Part shown: positions 1 to 38,822 of the stretch, piece by piece
Layout of the letters: each line of letters opens with the position of its first letter
How positions within the stretch are numbered: position 1 is the stretch's first letter
Source: an uncultured Holophagales bacterium
GTDB lineage: Bacteria; Acidobacteriota; Thermoanaerobaculia; Multivoradales; UBA5704
Length of the DNA: 64,000 nucleotides
Reading direction: 5' to 3'
NCBI GenBank assembly: GCA_963842525.1
Contig: CAWJGT010000034.1
Coordinates: 256,001 to 320,000, forward strand
Program-made: the position numbers and the translations under genes
The notes under the pieces: model-generated
Told to the model about the DNA's origin: nothing
What the model saw: only the letters and a program-made list of their open reading frames with translations
Database searches by the model: none

Positions 1-28756
<28,756 letters not shown>

Positions 28757-28761
28757 GAGAT

Positions 28762-31700
28762 ATGGCCGAGCTCAACGGCTCCGAGATCGCCCTTATCGGC
28801 ATGGCGCTCCGTTTCCCGGGCGCGAATTCTCCGGAGCAGTTCTGGGACAACCTGAAGAACGGGGTCGAATCGATCCGCTTCTTCACGGATGAAGAGCTGC
28901 TTGCGGCGGGCGTGCCCGCGGCCCAGCTCTCCCGCCCCAACTACGTCAAGGCCCGGCCCATGATCGAGGGGATCGACCTGTTCGACGCCGACCTATTCGG
29001 CATCCCCTCCCGCGAGGCCCGGTTCATCGATCCGCAGCATCGCCTTTTCCTGGAGTGCTCCTGGGAGGCGCTGGAGCGGGCCGGCTGTAACTCCGAGAGC
29101 TACCCCGGGCTGGTCGGTGTCTACGCCGGGTGCGATCTCAACAGCTATCTGCTGAGCTATTTCACGAACGCGCAGGCGGTGGCGGAGGCAGCGCCGATGC
29201 AGATCGAAGTGGCGAGCGACAAGGAGTACCTGGCTTCCCGGGTCTCCTACAAGCTCGACCTGCAGGGGCCGAGCGTGGTGGTGCAGTCCGCCTGCTCCAC
29301 CTCGCTGGTGGCCGTCCACATGGCCTGCCAGGCACTGCTCTCGGGCGAGTGCGACATGGCCCTTGCGGGCGGCTCGTCCGTCCGCGTGCCGCAGGTCGGC
29401 GGCTACTCATCGCTGGAGGGAGGGGTCCATTCTCCCGACGGCCATTGCCGCCCCTTCGACGCCCACGCTCGGGGCACCGTCTTCGGCAGCGGCGTGGGGG
29501 TCGTCGTCATCAAGCGGCTGGCCGATGCGCTCGCCAACGGCGACATCGTCCATGCGGTGATCAAGGGCTCGGGGATGAACAATGACGGGGCCCGCAAGAT
29601 CGGTTACACGGCTCCCGGCGGGGATGGGCAGACGCGCGTCGTGCGGGCCGCCCAGCTCGTGGCCGAGGTGAGCCCCGAGACGATCACCTACGTCGAGGCG
29701 CACGGCACCGCAACGCCGCTGGGCGATCCCATCGAGGTCGCGGCGCTCACCCAGGCCTTCCGCGCCGGTACGGAGCGCAAGGGGTTCTGTGCCATCGGCT
29801 CGGTGAAGGGCAACATCGGCCACCTCAAGACGGCTGCCGGGGTGGCCGGGCTCATCAAAACGGTCCTCTGCCTGGAGCACCGGGAGCTGCCGCCGAGCCT
29901 CCACCTCGAGCGGCCGAGCCCGCACATCGATTTCGCCAACAGCCCGTTCTTCGTCAACGACCGGCTGCGCGCCTGGGAGCCGGCGGCGGGCGAGCCTCTG
30001 CGTGCGGCCGTCAGCTCGTTCGGGGTCGGCGGCACGAACGCGCACATCATCCTGGAGGAGGCGTCTCCTCCCGAGACCGGCGAGCCATCCACCGCGGCGC
30101 GCCCGTGGCAGCTCCTGCCGCTCTCCGCCAACACCCCCACCGCTCTCGATCGCGTGCGGGCCAACCTGGCGGATCACCTCAGGCACAGCTCCGCGCCGCT
30201 GCCGGACATCGCCTGGACCCTGCAGGTGGGGCGCCGCGCCGGCAGGCACCGCGCCTTCGTGACAGCCCACAGCCACGAGGAGGCGATCGCCGCCCTGGAG
30301 GCTCCGGAACGCGTGCAGAGAGCCTTCCAGGAGATGCGCGACCGTCCGGTGGCCTTCCTGTTCCCAGGGCAGGGTGCCCAGCATCCCGACATGGGGCGGG
30401 ACCTCTACGAGACGGAGCCTGCGTTCCGCGAATCCCTGGACCGTTGCTGCGAAGCCCTGCGACCGCTCCTCGGCCTGGACCTGCGGCAGGTGATGTATCC
30501 ACAGCCCGGCGCAGCCGGGGAGGCGGCCCGCCGCCTCGAGCAGACGGCCCTCGCCCAGCCGGCGCTGTTCGCCGTCGAGCACGCCCTCGCCCGTTTGTGG
30601 ATGAGCTGGGGGATCCGGCCGCAGGCCATGCTCGGCCACAGCCTCGGCGAGTACGTCGCCGCCTGCCTGGCCGGCGTCTTCTCCCTGGAGGACGCCCTGG
30701 CCCTGGTGGCGGAGCGAGGGAGGCTGATGCAGTCCCTGCCCCCGGGCGCCATGCTCTCGGTCCCCCTGTCCGAGGACGAGCTGCTCCCTCTCCTCGGCTC
30801 CGGCCTCGCCCTGGCCGCCGTGAACGGCCCGTCCCGCTGCGTCGTCTCGGGCTCGGAGGACGCGGTCGCCGCGCTGGAAGCCGGGCTGGGCGCGCGGGGC
30901 ACGGCCGGCCGGCGCCTCCACACCTCGCACGCCTTCCACTCGGTGATGATGGAGCCGATCCTGGCCCCCTTCGCCGAGCGCGTCCGCGCCGTGCGCCGCG
31001 AGCCGCCGCGCATCCCCTTCGTCTCGAACCTGACCGGCACCTGGATCACCGCCGACCAGGCCACAGATCCCGGCTACTGGTCACGGCATCTGCGGCAGGC
31101 CGTCCGCTTTGGCGACGGCCTGGGTACCCTGGCCAGCGACGGCAAGGCGGCGCTCCTGGAGGTCGGCCCCGGCCAGACGCTTTCCACTCTCGCCCGGCAG
31201 GTACCGGGCGTATCGCGTCCGGTAAGCTCGCTCCCCCAGGCGCGGGACGGACGCTCCGCGGCGGAGCACCTGACCGAGGCCGTGGGACGGCTCTGGCTGG
31301 CCGGCGTCGCGATGGACTGGCCGGCCTATCACGCGGGAGAGGACCGCCGCCGGGTCGAGCTGCCCACCTATCCGTTCGAGCGGAAGCGCTACTGGATCGA
31401 GGGTGGGCCCCCCGCAGCCGCCGCACCCAGGCCGGCCGGCCGCCGCGAGCTGCAGGACTGGTTCCAGGTTCCCTGCTGGAAGCCCTCGATTCCGCCGGAA
31501 GTGCCGGCGACGGTGAGCGGGCGATGGCTGGTCTTCGCAGATGCCGCCGGGCTCGGAGAGGCACTCTCCCGTCGGATCACGGAGCGCGGGGGAGACGTTG
31601 TCCTCGTGAAGCCAGGTGACGCCTTCGAGGAGCGCGGCGGCTATACGGAGCTCTTCGCGCGGCTGCGCGGCCAGGGGAAAATGCCCGACCGCGTGCTCCA

Positions 31701-34700
31701 CCTCTGGGGTGTCGGGAAAACGGCCGGTGAGGACCGCTGTTTCTGGAGCCTCCTCTGGCTGGCCCAGGAGCTCGGCCGGCAGGGCCTCGCCTCCGTCCAG
31801 GTCCGCGCGGTCACCGATGGTCTGCAATCGGTAGCGGGCGAGCCGGTGCTCGCTCCCGAGAAGGCCACTGCGCTCGGACCGGTGCGCGTCCTGCCGCTGG
31901 AGCACCCCGGGATCGGCTGCGCCGCCATCGACGTCGTGTTGCCGGCGGACGAAGCCGGGCGCGAGCGGTTGGCGGACCTGCTCCTGGCCGAAGCGGCGGG
32001 AAGCGCGGCCGAGCGGGTCGTCGCCTACCGCGGCGAGGAGCGCTGGATCGAGGCGTTCGAGCCAGTGCGGCTGCCGGCCGCCGATCCCGGGCGGCTACCG
32101 CTGCGCGAGCGCGGTGTCTATCTGATCACCGGCGGTCTGGGAGGCGTGGGCATGACCCTGGCCCGCGAGCTGGCGCGCTCGTTCCGCGCGCGGCTGGTGC
32201 TCACGGGCCGGACGTTGCGCGACGGGAGCCTCGCCGCAGCCCACGAGCTGGAGGAGTTGGGCGCGGAGGTCCTGGTGCTCGCGGCCGACGTGACCGACGA
32301 GGCGGCCATGCGCGAGGTGGTCCGGCGGGCGCGCGAAAGGTTCGGCCCCATCCAGGGCGCGATCCACGCCGCCGGCGTGCCGGGTGGCGGCGTCATCCAG
32401 CTCAAGACCATCGAAGCTGCCTCCCGCGTGCTGGCCCCCAAGGTGCGCGGCGCCCAGGTGCTGGCGCGCGTGCTGGCGGGCGAGCCGGTGGAGCTGCTCG
32501 TGCTCCTGGCCTCGACCTTCGGGATCACAGGCGGCGTGGGCCAGGTGGATTACTGCGCCGCCAACAGCTTCCTGGACGCCTTCGCCCGGCAGGTGGCACA
32601 GCGCGGCCTGCGCGCCATCTCCCTCGACTGGGCAGCCTGGCAGGAGGTGGGCATGGCGGCCGAGGCGGCTGCGCTGCGTGCTGCGGGCGAGCCGCGGCCG
32701 TCCCGCGCTCTGCCGGGTACAAGCGCCGTCGAGCCGGCAGGGCCGGGCGACGGAGCGCCGTTCCACCCGCTGCTCGACCGGCGGCTGGAGAGCGCGGTCG
32801 AGGCCGAGGCGGTCTACGCCACCGACTTCAGCCCGGCGCGCCACTGGGTGCTCGCCGAGCACCGCATCCTCGGCACACCGGCCCTCCCCGGCACCGCCTG
32901 GCTGGAGATGGCGCGCGCCGCCTTCGCTTGCGAGACCGGCGCGCGGGAGGCCGAGCTCCAGGACGTGACCTTCGTCAGCCCTCTGCTGGTGGCGGACGGA
33001 GACCGGCGCGAGGCGCGGATCGTCCTCGAATGGGACGGCGGAGGCGAGGCGGCATTCCACGGGATCAGCCGCGCGTCCACCGGCGGCGAGTGGCAGGAGC
33101 ACGCCCACGGACGGGTCCGCTCCCTCAACAGAGAGCGTCCTTCGCCGCAGGATGCGGCGGCTCTGGCCGCGCGGTGCGTGAGGGAGGTGGCGCCCGAGGG
33201 CAGGGCCGCGGAGCCCGGCCGTACCGACCGGCTGGTCTCCTGGGGTCCGCGCTGGCAGAGCCTCCGACGCGCCAGCCTGGGCGACGGCGAGGGCCTGCTG
33301 GAGCTGGAGCTCCCGGCAGACCTCGCGGCGGACCTGGACGGCCTCGCGCTCCATCCCGCGTTGCTCGACGTAGCCACCGGCGCCGGTGGCGGATTCCTGG
33401 CCGGCGGAAACGCCCTGCCGGAGTCCTACCGCCGGCTCGCCGTGCTGGGGCCGCTCCCCGCCCGAGTGCTCGCCCATGTGCGGGTGAACGGCGTCAACCC
33501 GGCGGCCGAGACGGTCACCATGGATCTCACCCTGCTGGACGAGGAGGGGGGCGTCCGGGTCGAGATCGAGGGCTTCTCCATGAAGCGGCTGGGGAAGAAG
33601 TCGGGCGACGCCGTCGCTCCGGCGAGCGAGCGAGCAGGCTGGATCCGGCCGGACGAAGGCGTCGAGGCGTTCCGGCGCGCCCTCTCCCGGGGACGGTTCG
33701 CCCAGATCGCAATCTCCCCGACCGAGCTGGGCGCGGCCCTTGCGCCGCCGGTGCGGCAGGAGCGCGAGGAGGCCCCCGGCAGGCCTGCCGGGGAGGCGTT
33801 CCCCCGCCCGAGCCTGACCACCCCCTACGTGGCGCCGCGCGATACCGCCGAGCAGGCGATGGCGGAGCTGTGGCAGCGGGTCCTCAAGATCGACAAGATC
33901 GGAGTCCACGACAACTTCTTCGATCTGGGCGGCGATTCGGTGGTCGCCATCCAACTGGTGGCCCAGGCTACCGCAAGCGGGCTTGCCCTCACTACGCAGG
34001 AGGTCTTCGAGAAGCAGACGGTCGCAGCCCTCGCGCGGCTGGCCATTCCTTACGATCCGGGTGCGGCGGTGGTCGCGGAGCCCGCTGAGCCGGCTCCTGC
34101 CGGCGGGAATTTCTCCGTAGCGGGCCTGTCGCAGAGCAGCCTGGAGCGGCTGCTCGCCAGGCTCGGGGACGCGGCTGCGAATGTCGAGGATCTGTATCGG
34201 CTATCCCCGATCCAGGAGGGGATGCTGTTCCATGCCCTGCACGGCGGGGAGGAGGCGCCGTATTTCGAGCAGCTCGTCCTCACCTACGATCGAGACCTCG
34301 ACCTCGACCGGCTCGAGCGCGCTTGGCGCCAGGCCGTCGAACGCCATCCGGTGCTGCGCACCTCGTTCGTCTGGGAGGACGTGGAGACGCCCGTGCAGAT
34401 CGTGCATCGGCGGGTCGAGCTCCCCTTTGGGCGCCAGGACTGGCAGATCCTCGCGCCGCCCGAGCGCGACGAGCGCCTGCGGCGCTTCCTCGCGGAGGAC
34501 CGCTCCCTGGGCTTCGCGCTCGACCGCGCGCCGCTTCTGCGCCTGAACGCGATCTGGTGGAGCGACGCGAGCTGGCGCCTCGCCTGGAGCTACCACCACC
34601 TGCTCCTCGACGGCTGGTCGGTGGGTCTGCTGCTGCGCGAGGTGGCGGCCATCTACAATGCCGGGGGCCAAGCCGCGGCCGCGGCGCTGGAACCCCGGCG

Positions 34701-37700
34701 GCCGTTCCGCGACTACATCACCTGGCTCCGGCAGCAGGACCTCTCGGCGGCCGAGGCCTGGTGGCAGCGGACCTTCGAAGGATTCTTCGCGCCCACCGCC
34801 CTGGGGATCGACCGCACGCCGGGCCGCCCTGTCCTCCCAGGCGACGTCCACGCCGAGGTCGCGGCCGTGCTGCCGGCGGCGCTGACCGCCAGCCTGGAAG
34901 ATTTCGCGCGGCGGCACCGGCTCACCCTGCACACGGTGATCGAGGGGGCCTGGGCACTGGCGCTCGCCCGCTACGGCGACACCGAGGACGTGGTCTTCGG
35001 CAGCACCCTGTCGGGGCGGCCGGCCGCTCTGCCGGGCTCCGAGTCGATGATCGGCTGCTTCATCAACACCTTGCCGGTGCGGGCACGAACCGCGCTCGAA
35101 CAGAAGCTGCTCCCCTGGCTGCAGAACCTGCAGGCCTGCCAGGTGGAGCTCCGCCGCTTCGAGCACAGCCCCCTCGTCGAGGTGCGCCGGTGGAGCGGGC
35201 TGCCCGGCGACCGTCCTCTGTTCGAGACGATCCTGGTCTTCGAGAGCCTCTTCGGCCCCGGTCTCCGCTCGAGCCATGCCGGCGGCCGCAAGGGCCGGCA
35301 GCTCCACCAACGCACCAACTTCCCCCTGACCCTGGTGGTGTGGCCCGGGCGAGAGATCGCGCTCGAAGCCCGCTTCTACACCGGCCGCTTCGCGGCGGAG
35401 GATGTGTCCCGCCTGCTCGGGTATGTCACGGAGCTCCTCGCGGCTATCGTCACCGAGCCCGACGGCCTCCACCCCGGCGACCGGCGCCTAGCAGACCTGC
35501 CCCTCCTGCTTCCTCACGAGCACGCGCAGATCCTGCGCGAGTGGAACGACACGGCCGAGGAGATCCCCGCCGCCCCCGTCCACCACCTCTTCGCGGCCCG
35601 GGCGACGTGTGTCCCGGAGGCCCCGGCCGTCGCCGACGCCGGCCGTAGCCTCACCTGCGGCGAGCTCGACGCGCGCGCCAACCGCCTAGCGCACCACCTG
35701 ATCCGGCTGGGGGTCGGACCGGAGGTCCTGGTGGGGGTCTCCCTGGAGCGCTCGGCGGACATGGTCGTGGCCCTCCTCGGTATCCTCAAGGCCGGCGGAG
35801 CCTACCTGCCGCTCGATCCTGCTTACCCGGTGGACCGTTTGCGCCTCATGCTGGAGGATTCGGGGACCCGCTTCCTTCTCGCCGCGGACGGGACAGAAAC
35901 GCTCGCCGCGCCGGGGCTCTGCGTCGTCCACCTGGACGATCCGGCGATCGCGGGCGAGCCCGCGCGTCCGCCGCGCCCGCCAGACGCCGAGGTCGAAGCG
36001 CCCCATCTCGCCTACGTCCTCTACACCTCGGGCTCGACCGGCCGGCCGAAAGGGGTGCAGGTCACCCACGGCGCGCTCGCCAACTTCCTGGCCGCCATGC
36101 GCAGGCGTCCCGGCCTGGAGCCGGGAGACGTCCTCCTCACCACGACCTCGCTCTCCTTCGACATCGCCGCGCTGGAGATCTATCTCCCCCTGCTCGCCGG
36201 CGCACGGATCGTCGTCGCCCGGCGCGAGGAAGTCTATGACGGCCGCCGCCTGCGGGAGCTGCTCGCCGAGCACGAGGTCACGGTGATGCAGGCGACCCCT
36301 TCGACCTGGCGGATGCTGGTCGATTCGGGCTGGCGAGGGGGCTCCCGGTTCAGGGTCCTGTGCGGCGGCGAGGCCCTGCCCGAGGACCTCGCCGCAGCGC
36401 TGCGAGCGCGTGCCGCCGAGGTCTGGAACCTCTATGGCCCCACCGAGACTACGGTCTGGTCTGCGGTCGAGCTGCTGCCGCCGGACCGGCCGGTCTCGAT
36501 CGGCCGGCCGATCGCCAACACCGGGATCTACGTCCTCGGTTCCGGGGCTCTCCCGGTCCCCGCCGGAGCACCCGGAGAGCTGCTCATCGGCGGCGCCGGT
36601 GTGGCGCGCGGCTATCTGGGGCGTCCGGACCTGACCGCCGAGCGCTTCGTCCCCGACCCGTTCGCCGGCGCGGCAGGAGTCGGCGGACGCCTGTACCGGA
36701 CCGGCGACCTGGCCCGGCACCGGGCGGATGGACGGCTGGAGCTTCTCGGCCGCATCGACCAGCAGGTGAAGGTCCGCGGCTTCCGCATCGAGTTGGGGGA
36801 GATCGAGGCCGCTCTCTCTCTCCACTCCACGGTGGCGCAGGCCGCTGTGGTGGCGCGCGACGACTGGGGCGACCGCCGGCTGGTCGCCTATGTGACGCCC
36901 TCCGGCGTCCGCGAGCCCGTCCCGGCGGAGCTGCGCGAATTCCTGCGTGCGCGCCTGCCCGAATACATGCAACCTGCGGCCTTCGTCGTCCTGCCGGCCC
37001 TGCCGCTCACCCCCAACCTGAAGGTGGATCGCAGGGCGCTGCCCGCGCCCGCGAACACGTCCGTGATGGCGGACGCGTTCGTCGCGCCTCGCAGCCCCCT
37101 TGAAGAGGTGCTGGCGGAAATCTGGGCCGAAGTGCTGCGCCTTGAGAAGGTGGGGATCGACGACGACTTCTTCGCCTTGGGCGGCCACTCGCTGCTCGCC
37201 TTCCAGGTGGTCTCTCGCATCCAGAGGAAGCTCGGCCTGGCGCCGCCGGTGCACTGGATCTTCGAGCGGCCGACCGTGCGCGGCCTCGCCGAGCGGACCG
37301 GGACGGCGCTCTCAGAGCTGCCGGCCCTCCGTCCGACCGGCCTCCGGGAGGGCGAGCCCGTTCCCGCCTCCTTCGCCCAGGAGGGCCTGTGGCTGCTCGA
37401 CCGGCTCGCCCCCGGCTCGGCGGCTTACAACCTTCCGCTGTCCCTGCGGCTGGGCGGTCGACTGGACGCCGCGGCCCTGACGGCGAGCCTGCACGAGATC
37501 GTGCGCCGCCATGCGGTGCTGCGGACCCGCTTTGCCGCCGTCGACGACGTGCCGCACCAGATCGTCGGGCCGGTCCCCGACCTCCTCCTGCCGGTCATCG
37601 ACCTCTCCGGTCTTCCGGAGCGGGTCCGGGACGCCGAAGCCCGGCGGCTGGCTGTCGTGGCAGTGTTGCACCCGTTCGATTTGACGCGCGGGCCGCTACT

Positions 37701-38820
37701 GCGGGCGGTGCTCCTGCGGCTGGGAGCCCAGGACCATGCAGCGCTCTTGGCCGTGCACCACATCGCCTCGGACGGCTGGTCCACGGGCGTCCTCCTCCGC
37801 GAGGTCGCCCTTCTCTACGAGGCCTTCTCGCAGGGCCGGCCTTCACCGCTCACCGAGCTGCCCGTCCAGTACGCCGACTATGCTGCATGGCAGCGGCAGT
37901 GGCTGCGGGGCGAGGTGCTCTCGGCGCACCTCGACTACTGGCGCCGGCAGCTCGCAGGGGCTCCCGCCGTGCTCCCGCTGCGCACCGATCGTCCGCGGCC
38001 CGCGGTCCGGACGTCCCGCGGCGGACGGATCGCGGTCGAGCTGCCGGCGGAGCTCCGCGACCGCCTGGTCGAGCTCGGCCGCACAGAGCACTGCACGCTG
38101 TTCATGACCCTGCTCGCCGGTTATAGTGCCCTGCTCCACCAGTGGGCGGAAGGTACGGAACGCGTCGTCGTCGGCTCGCCGATCAGTTACCGGAATTGGC
38201 CGGAGGTCGAGGACCTCATCGGGTTTTTCGCGAACGTCCTGGTCTACCACACCCGTCTGGAAGGCGATCCGACGTTCCGGGAGCTTCTCTCCCACGTCCG
38301 CCGGATGGTGCTGGACGGCTTGACGCATCAACACGTCTCCTTCGAGCGACTGGTTGAAGAGCTGCGGCCTGAGCGCAGCCTGAGCCACAATCCCCTGTTC
38401 CAGGTGATGTTCGCTTTCACGGCGGCCGGAGCGGTGACCGCTCCGCCTCCCGACAGGGCCGGCCTCGTCGTCGATCCCTTCGGGTTCGAGGGGACGACGG
38501 CACAGTTCGATCTCGAGCTGAGCCTGACCGACGCGCCCCAGGGCGTGATCGGCACTCTGACTTTCAGCAGGGATCTCTTCGAAAAGGAGACCGTTGCCTG
38601 GAGGTGGGACCAGCTCCGCTTCCTGTTGGAAGAGGTCGCGCGGGAGCCCGACCTGCATTTGAGTGAGCTGCGGTCGCGGCTCACTGAGGTCGAGCGCCGC
38701 CTCTGGGCGCGCAGGCAGGAGGAGCTCGAGGAGGCGTCCTCCCGGAGCTTCAAAGACCGTCGGCGCAGGATGGTGATGGCGGTCGCTGAAGTCATCGGCG
38801 GGGCCGTGCAAGAGGGTTGA
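28762..38820 (+). CDS. Hybrid PKS-NRPS (~3350 aa): KS-AT(malonyl)-KR[DH nested]-ACP-C-A(Gly)-T-C
   Basis: The ATG at 28762 (MAELNGSEIALIGMALRFPG) lies 5 nt after the upstream stop. Motifs: KS VQSACSTS, AT GHSLG/HAFH, KR GGLGGVG/YCAAN, DH HRILGTPALP, ACP GGDSV, C HHLLLDGWS and terminal C HHIASDGWS. The 5' extension to 27298 in the ORF track is a shadow frame. Confidence 0.95.
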   Translation: MAELNGSEIALIGMALRFPGANSPEQFWDNLKNGVESIRFFTDEELLAAGVPAAQLSRPNYVKARPMIEGIDLFDADLFGIPSREARFIDPQHRLFLECSWEALERAGCNSESYPGLVGVYAGCDLNSYLLSYFTNAQAVAEAAPMQIEVASDKEYLASRVSYKLDLQGPSVVVQSACSTSLVAVHMACQALLSGECDMALAGGSSVRVPQVGGYSSLEGGVHSPDGHCRPFDAHARGTVFGSGVGVVVIKRLADALANGDIVHAVIKGSGMNNDGARKIGYTAPGGDGQTRVVRAAQLVAEVSPETITYVEAHGTATPLGDPIEVAALTQAFRAGTERKGFCAIGSVKGNIGHLKTAAGVAGLIKTVLCLEHRELPPSLHLERPSPHIDFANSPFFVNDRLRAWEPAAGEPLRAAVSSFGVGGTNAHIILEEASPPETGEPSTAARPWQLLPLSANTPTALDRVRANLADHLRHSSAPLPDIAWTLQVGRRAGRHRAFVTAHSHEEAIAALEAPERVQRAFQEMRDRPVAFLFPGQGAQHPDMGRDLYETEPAFRESLDRCCEALRPLLGLDLRQVMYPQPGAAGEAARRLEQTALAQPALFAVEHALARLWMSWGIRPQAMLGHSLGEYVAACLAGVFSLEDALALVAERGRLMQSLPPGAMLSVPLSEDELLPLLGSGLALAAVNGPSRCVVSGSEDAVAALEAGLGARGTAGRRLHTSHAFHSVMMEPILAPFAERVRAVRREPPRIPFVSNLTGTWITADQATDPGYWSRHLRQAVRFGDGLGTLASDGKAALLEVGPGQTLSTLARQVPGVSRPVSSLPQARDGRSAAEHLTEAVGRLWLAGVAMDWPAYHAGEDRRRVELPTYPFERKRYWIEGGPPAAAAPRPAGRRELQDWFQVPCWKPSIPPEVPATVSGRWLVFADAAGLGEALSRRITERGGDVVLVKPGDAFEERGGYTELFARLRGQGKMPDRVLHLWGVGKTAGEDRCFWSLLWLAQELGRQGLASVQVRAVTDGLQSVAGEPVLAPEKATALGPVRVLPLEHPGIGCAAIDVVLPADEAGRERLADLLLAEAAGSAAERVVAYRGEERWIEAFEPVRLPAADPGRLPLRERGVYLITGGLGGVGMTLARELARSFRARLVLTGRTLRDGSLAAAHELEELGAEVLVLAADVTDEAAMREVVRRARERFGPIQGAIHAAGVPGGGVIQLKTIEAASRVLAPKVRGAQVLARVLAGEPVELLVLLASTFGITGGVGQVDYCAANSFLDAFARQVAQRGLRAISLDWAAWQEVGMAAEAAALRAAGEPRPSRALPGTSAVEPAGPGDGAPFHPLLDRRLESAVEAEAVYATDFSPARHWVLAEHRILGTPALPGTAWLEMARAAFACETGAREAELQDVTFVSPLLVADGDRREARIVLEWDGGGEAAFHGISRASTGGEWQEHAHGRVRSLNRERPSPQDAAALAARCVREVAPEGRAAEPGRTDRLVSWGPRWQSLRRASLGDGEGLLELELPADLAADLDGLALHPALLDVATGAGGGFLAGGNALPESYRRLAVLGPLPARVLAHVRVNGVNPAAETVTMDLTLLDEEGGVRVEIEGFSMKRLGKKSGDAVAPASERAGWIRPDEGVEAFRRALSRGRFAQIAISPTELGAALAPPVRQEREEAPGRPAGEAFPRPSLTTPYVAPRDTAEQAMAELWQRVLKIDKIGVHDNFFDLGGDSVVAIQLVAQATASGLALTTQEVFEKQTVAALARLAIPYDPGAAVVAEPAEPAPAGGNFSVAGLSQSSLERLLARLGDAAANVEDLYRLSPIQEGMLFHALHGGEEAPYFEQLVLTYDRDLDLDRLERAWRQAVERHPVLRTSFVWEDVETPVQIVHRRVELPFGRQDWQILAPPERDERLRRFLAEDRSLGFALDRAPLLRLNAIWWSDASWRLAWSYHHLLLDGWSVGLLLREVAAIYNAGGQAAAAALEPRRPFRDYITWLRQQDLSAAEAWWQRTFEGFFAPTALGIDRTPGRPVLPGDVHAEVAAVLPAALTASLEDFARRHRLTLHTVIEGAWALALARYGDTEDVVFGSTLSGRPAALPGSESMIGCFINTLPVRARTALEQKLLPWLQNLQACQVELRRFEHSPLVEVRRWSGLPGDRPLFETILVFESLFGPGLRSSHAGGRKGRQLHQRTNFPLTLVVWPGREIALEARFYTGRFAAEDVSRLLGYVTELLAAIVTEPDGLHPGDRRLADLPLLLPHEHAQILREWNDTAEEIPAAPVHHLFAARATCVPEAPAVADAGRSLTCGELDARANRLAHHLIRLGVGPEVLVGVSLERSADMVVALLGILKAGGAYLPLDPAYPVDRLRLMLEDSGTRFLLAADGTETLAAPGLCVVHLDDPAIAGEPARPPRPPDAEVEAPHLAYVLYTSGSTGRPKGVQVTHGALANFLAAMRRRPGLEPGDVLLTTTSLSFDIAALEIYLPLLAGARIVVARREEVYDGRRLRELLAEHEVTVMQATPSTWRMLVDSGWRGGSRFRVLCGGEALPEDLAAALRARAAEVWNLYGPTETTVWSAVELLPPDRPVSIGRPIANTGIYVLGSGALPVPAGAPGELLIGGAGVARGYLGRPDLTAERFVPDPFAGAAGVGGRLYRTGDLARHRADGRLELLGRIDQQVKVRGFRIELGEIEAALSLHSTVAQAAVVARDDWGDRRLVAYVTPSGVREPVPAELREFLRARLPEYMQPAAFVVLPALPLTPNLKVDRRALPAPANTSVMADAFVAPRSPLEEVLAEIWAEVLRLEKVGIDDDFFALGGHSLLAFQVVSRIQRKLGLAPPVHWIFERPTVRGLAERTGTALSELPALRPTGLREGEPVPASFAQEGLWLLDRLAPGSAAYNLPLSLRLGGRLDAAALTASLHEIVRRHAVLRTRFAAVDDVPHQIVGPVPDLLLPVIDLSGLPERVRDAEARRLAVVAVLHPFDLTRGPLLRAVLLRLGAQDHAALLAVHHIASDGWSTGVLLREVALLYEAFSQGRPSPLTELPVQYADYAAWQRQWLRGEVLSAHLDYWRRQLAGAPAVLPLRTDRPRPAVRTSRGGRIAVELPAELRDRLVELGRTEHCTLFMTLLAGYSALLHQWAEGTERVVVGSPISYRNWPEVEDLIGFFANVLVYHTRLEGDPTFRELLSHVRRMVLDGLTHQHVSFERLVEELRPERSLSHNPLFQVMFAFTAAGAVTAPPPDRAGLVVDPFGFEGTTAQFDLELSLTDAPQGVIGTLTFSRDLFEKETVAWRWDQLRFLLEEVAREPDLHLSELRSRLTEVERRLWARRQEELEEASSRSFKDRRRRMVMAVAEVIGGAVQEG
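28783..34045 (+). other. PKS module KS-AT(malonyl)-KR-DH-ACP
   Basis: GQGAQ, GHSLG (30634), HAFH; KR GGLGGVG (~32131) and YCAAN (~32551); DH HPLL (~32764), HRILGTPALP (~32860), HPALLD (~33352). Confidence 0.88.
35575..37050 (+). other. Adenylation domain, predicted Gly (DILQLGLVWK)
   Basis: FDIAALE, VMQATP, VLCGGE, NLYGPTETTVW. Confidence 0.85.
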
Positions 38821-38822
38821 GC

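Noticed and set aside
38100-38800. Apparently more AT-rich codon usage in the terminal C domain of gene 3
   Set aside because: This is a visual impression only and cannot be supported without a GC3 calculation.
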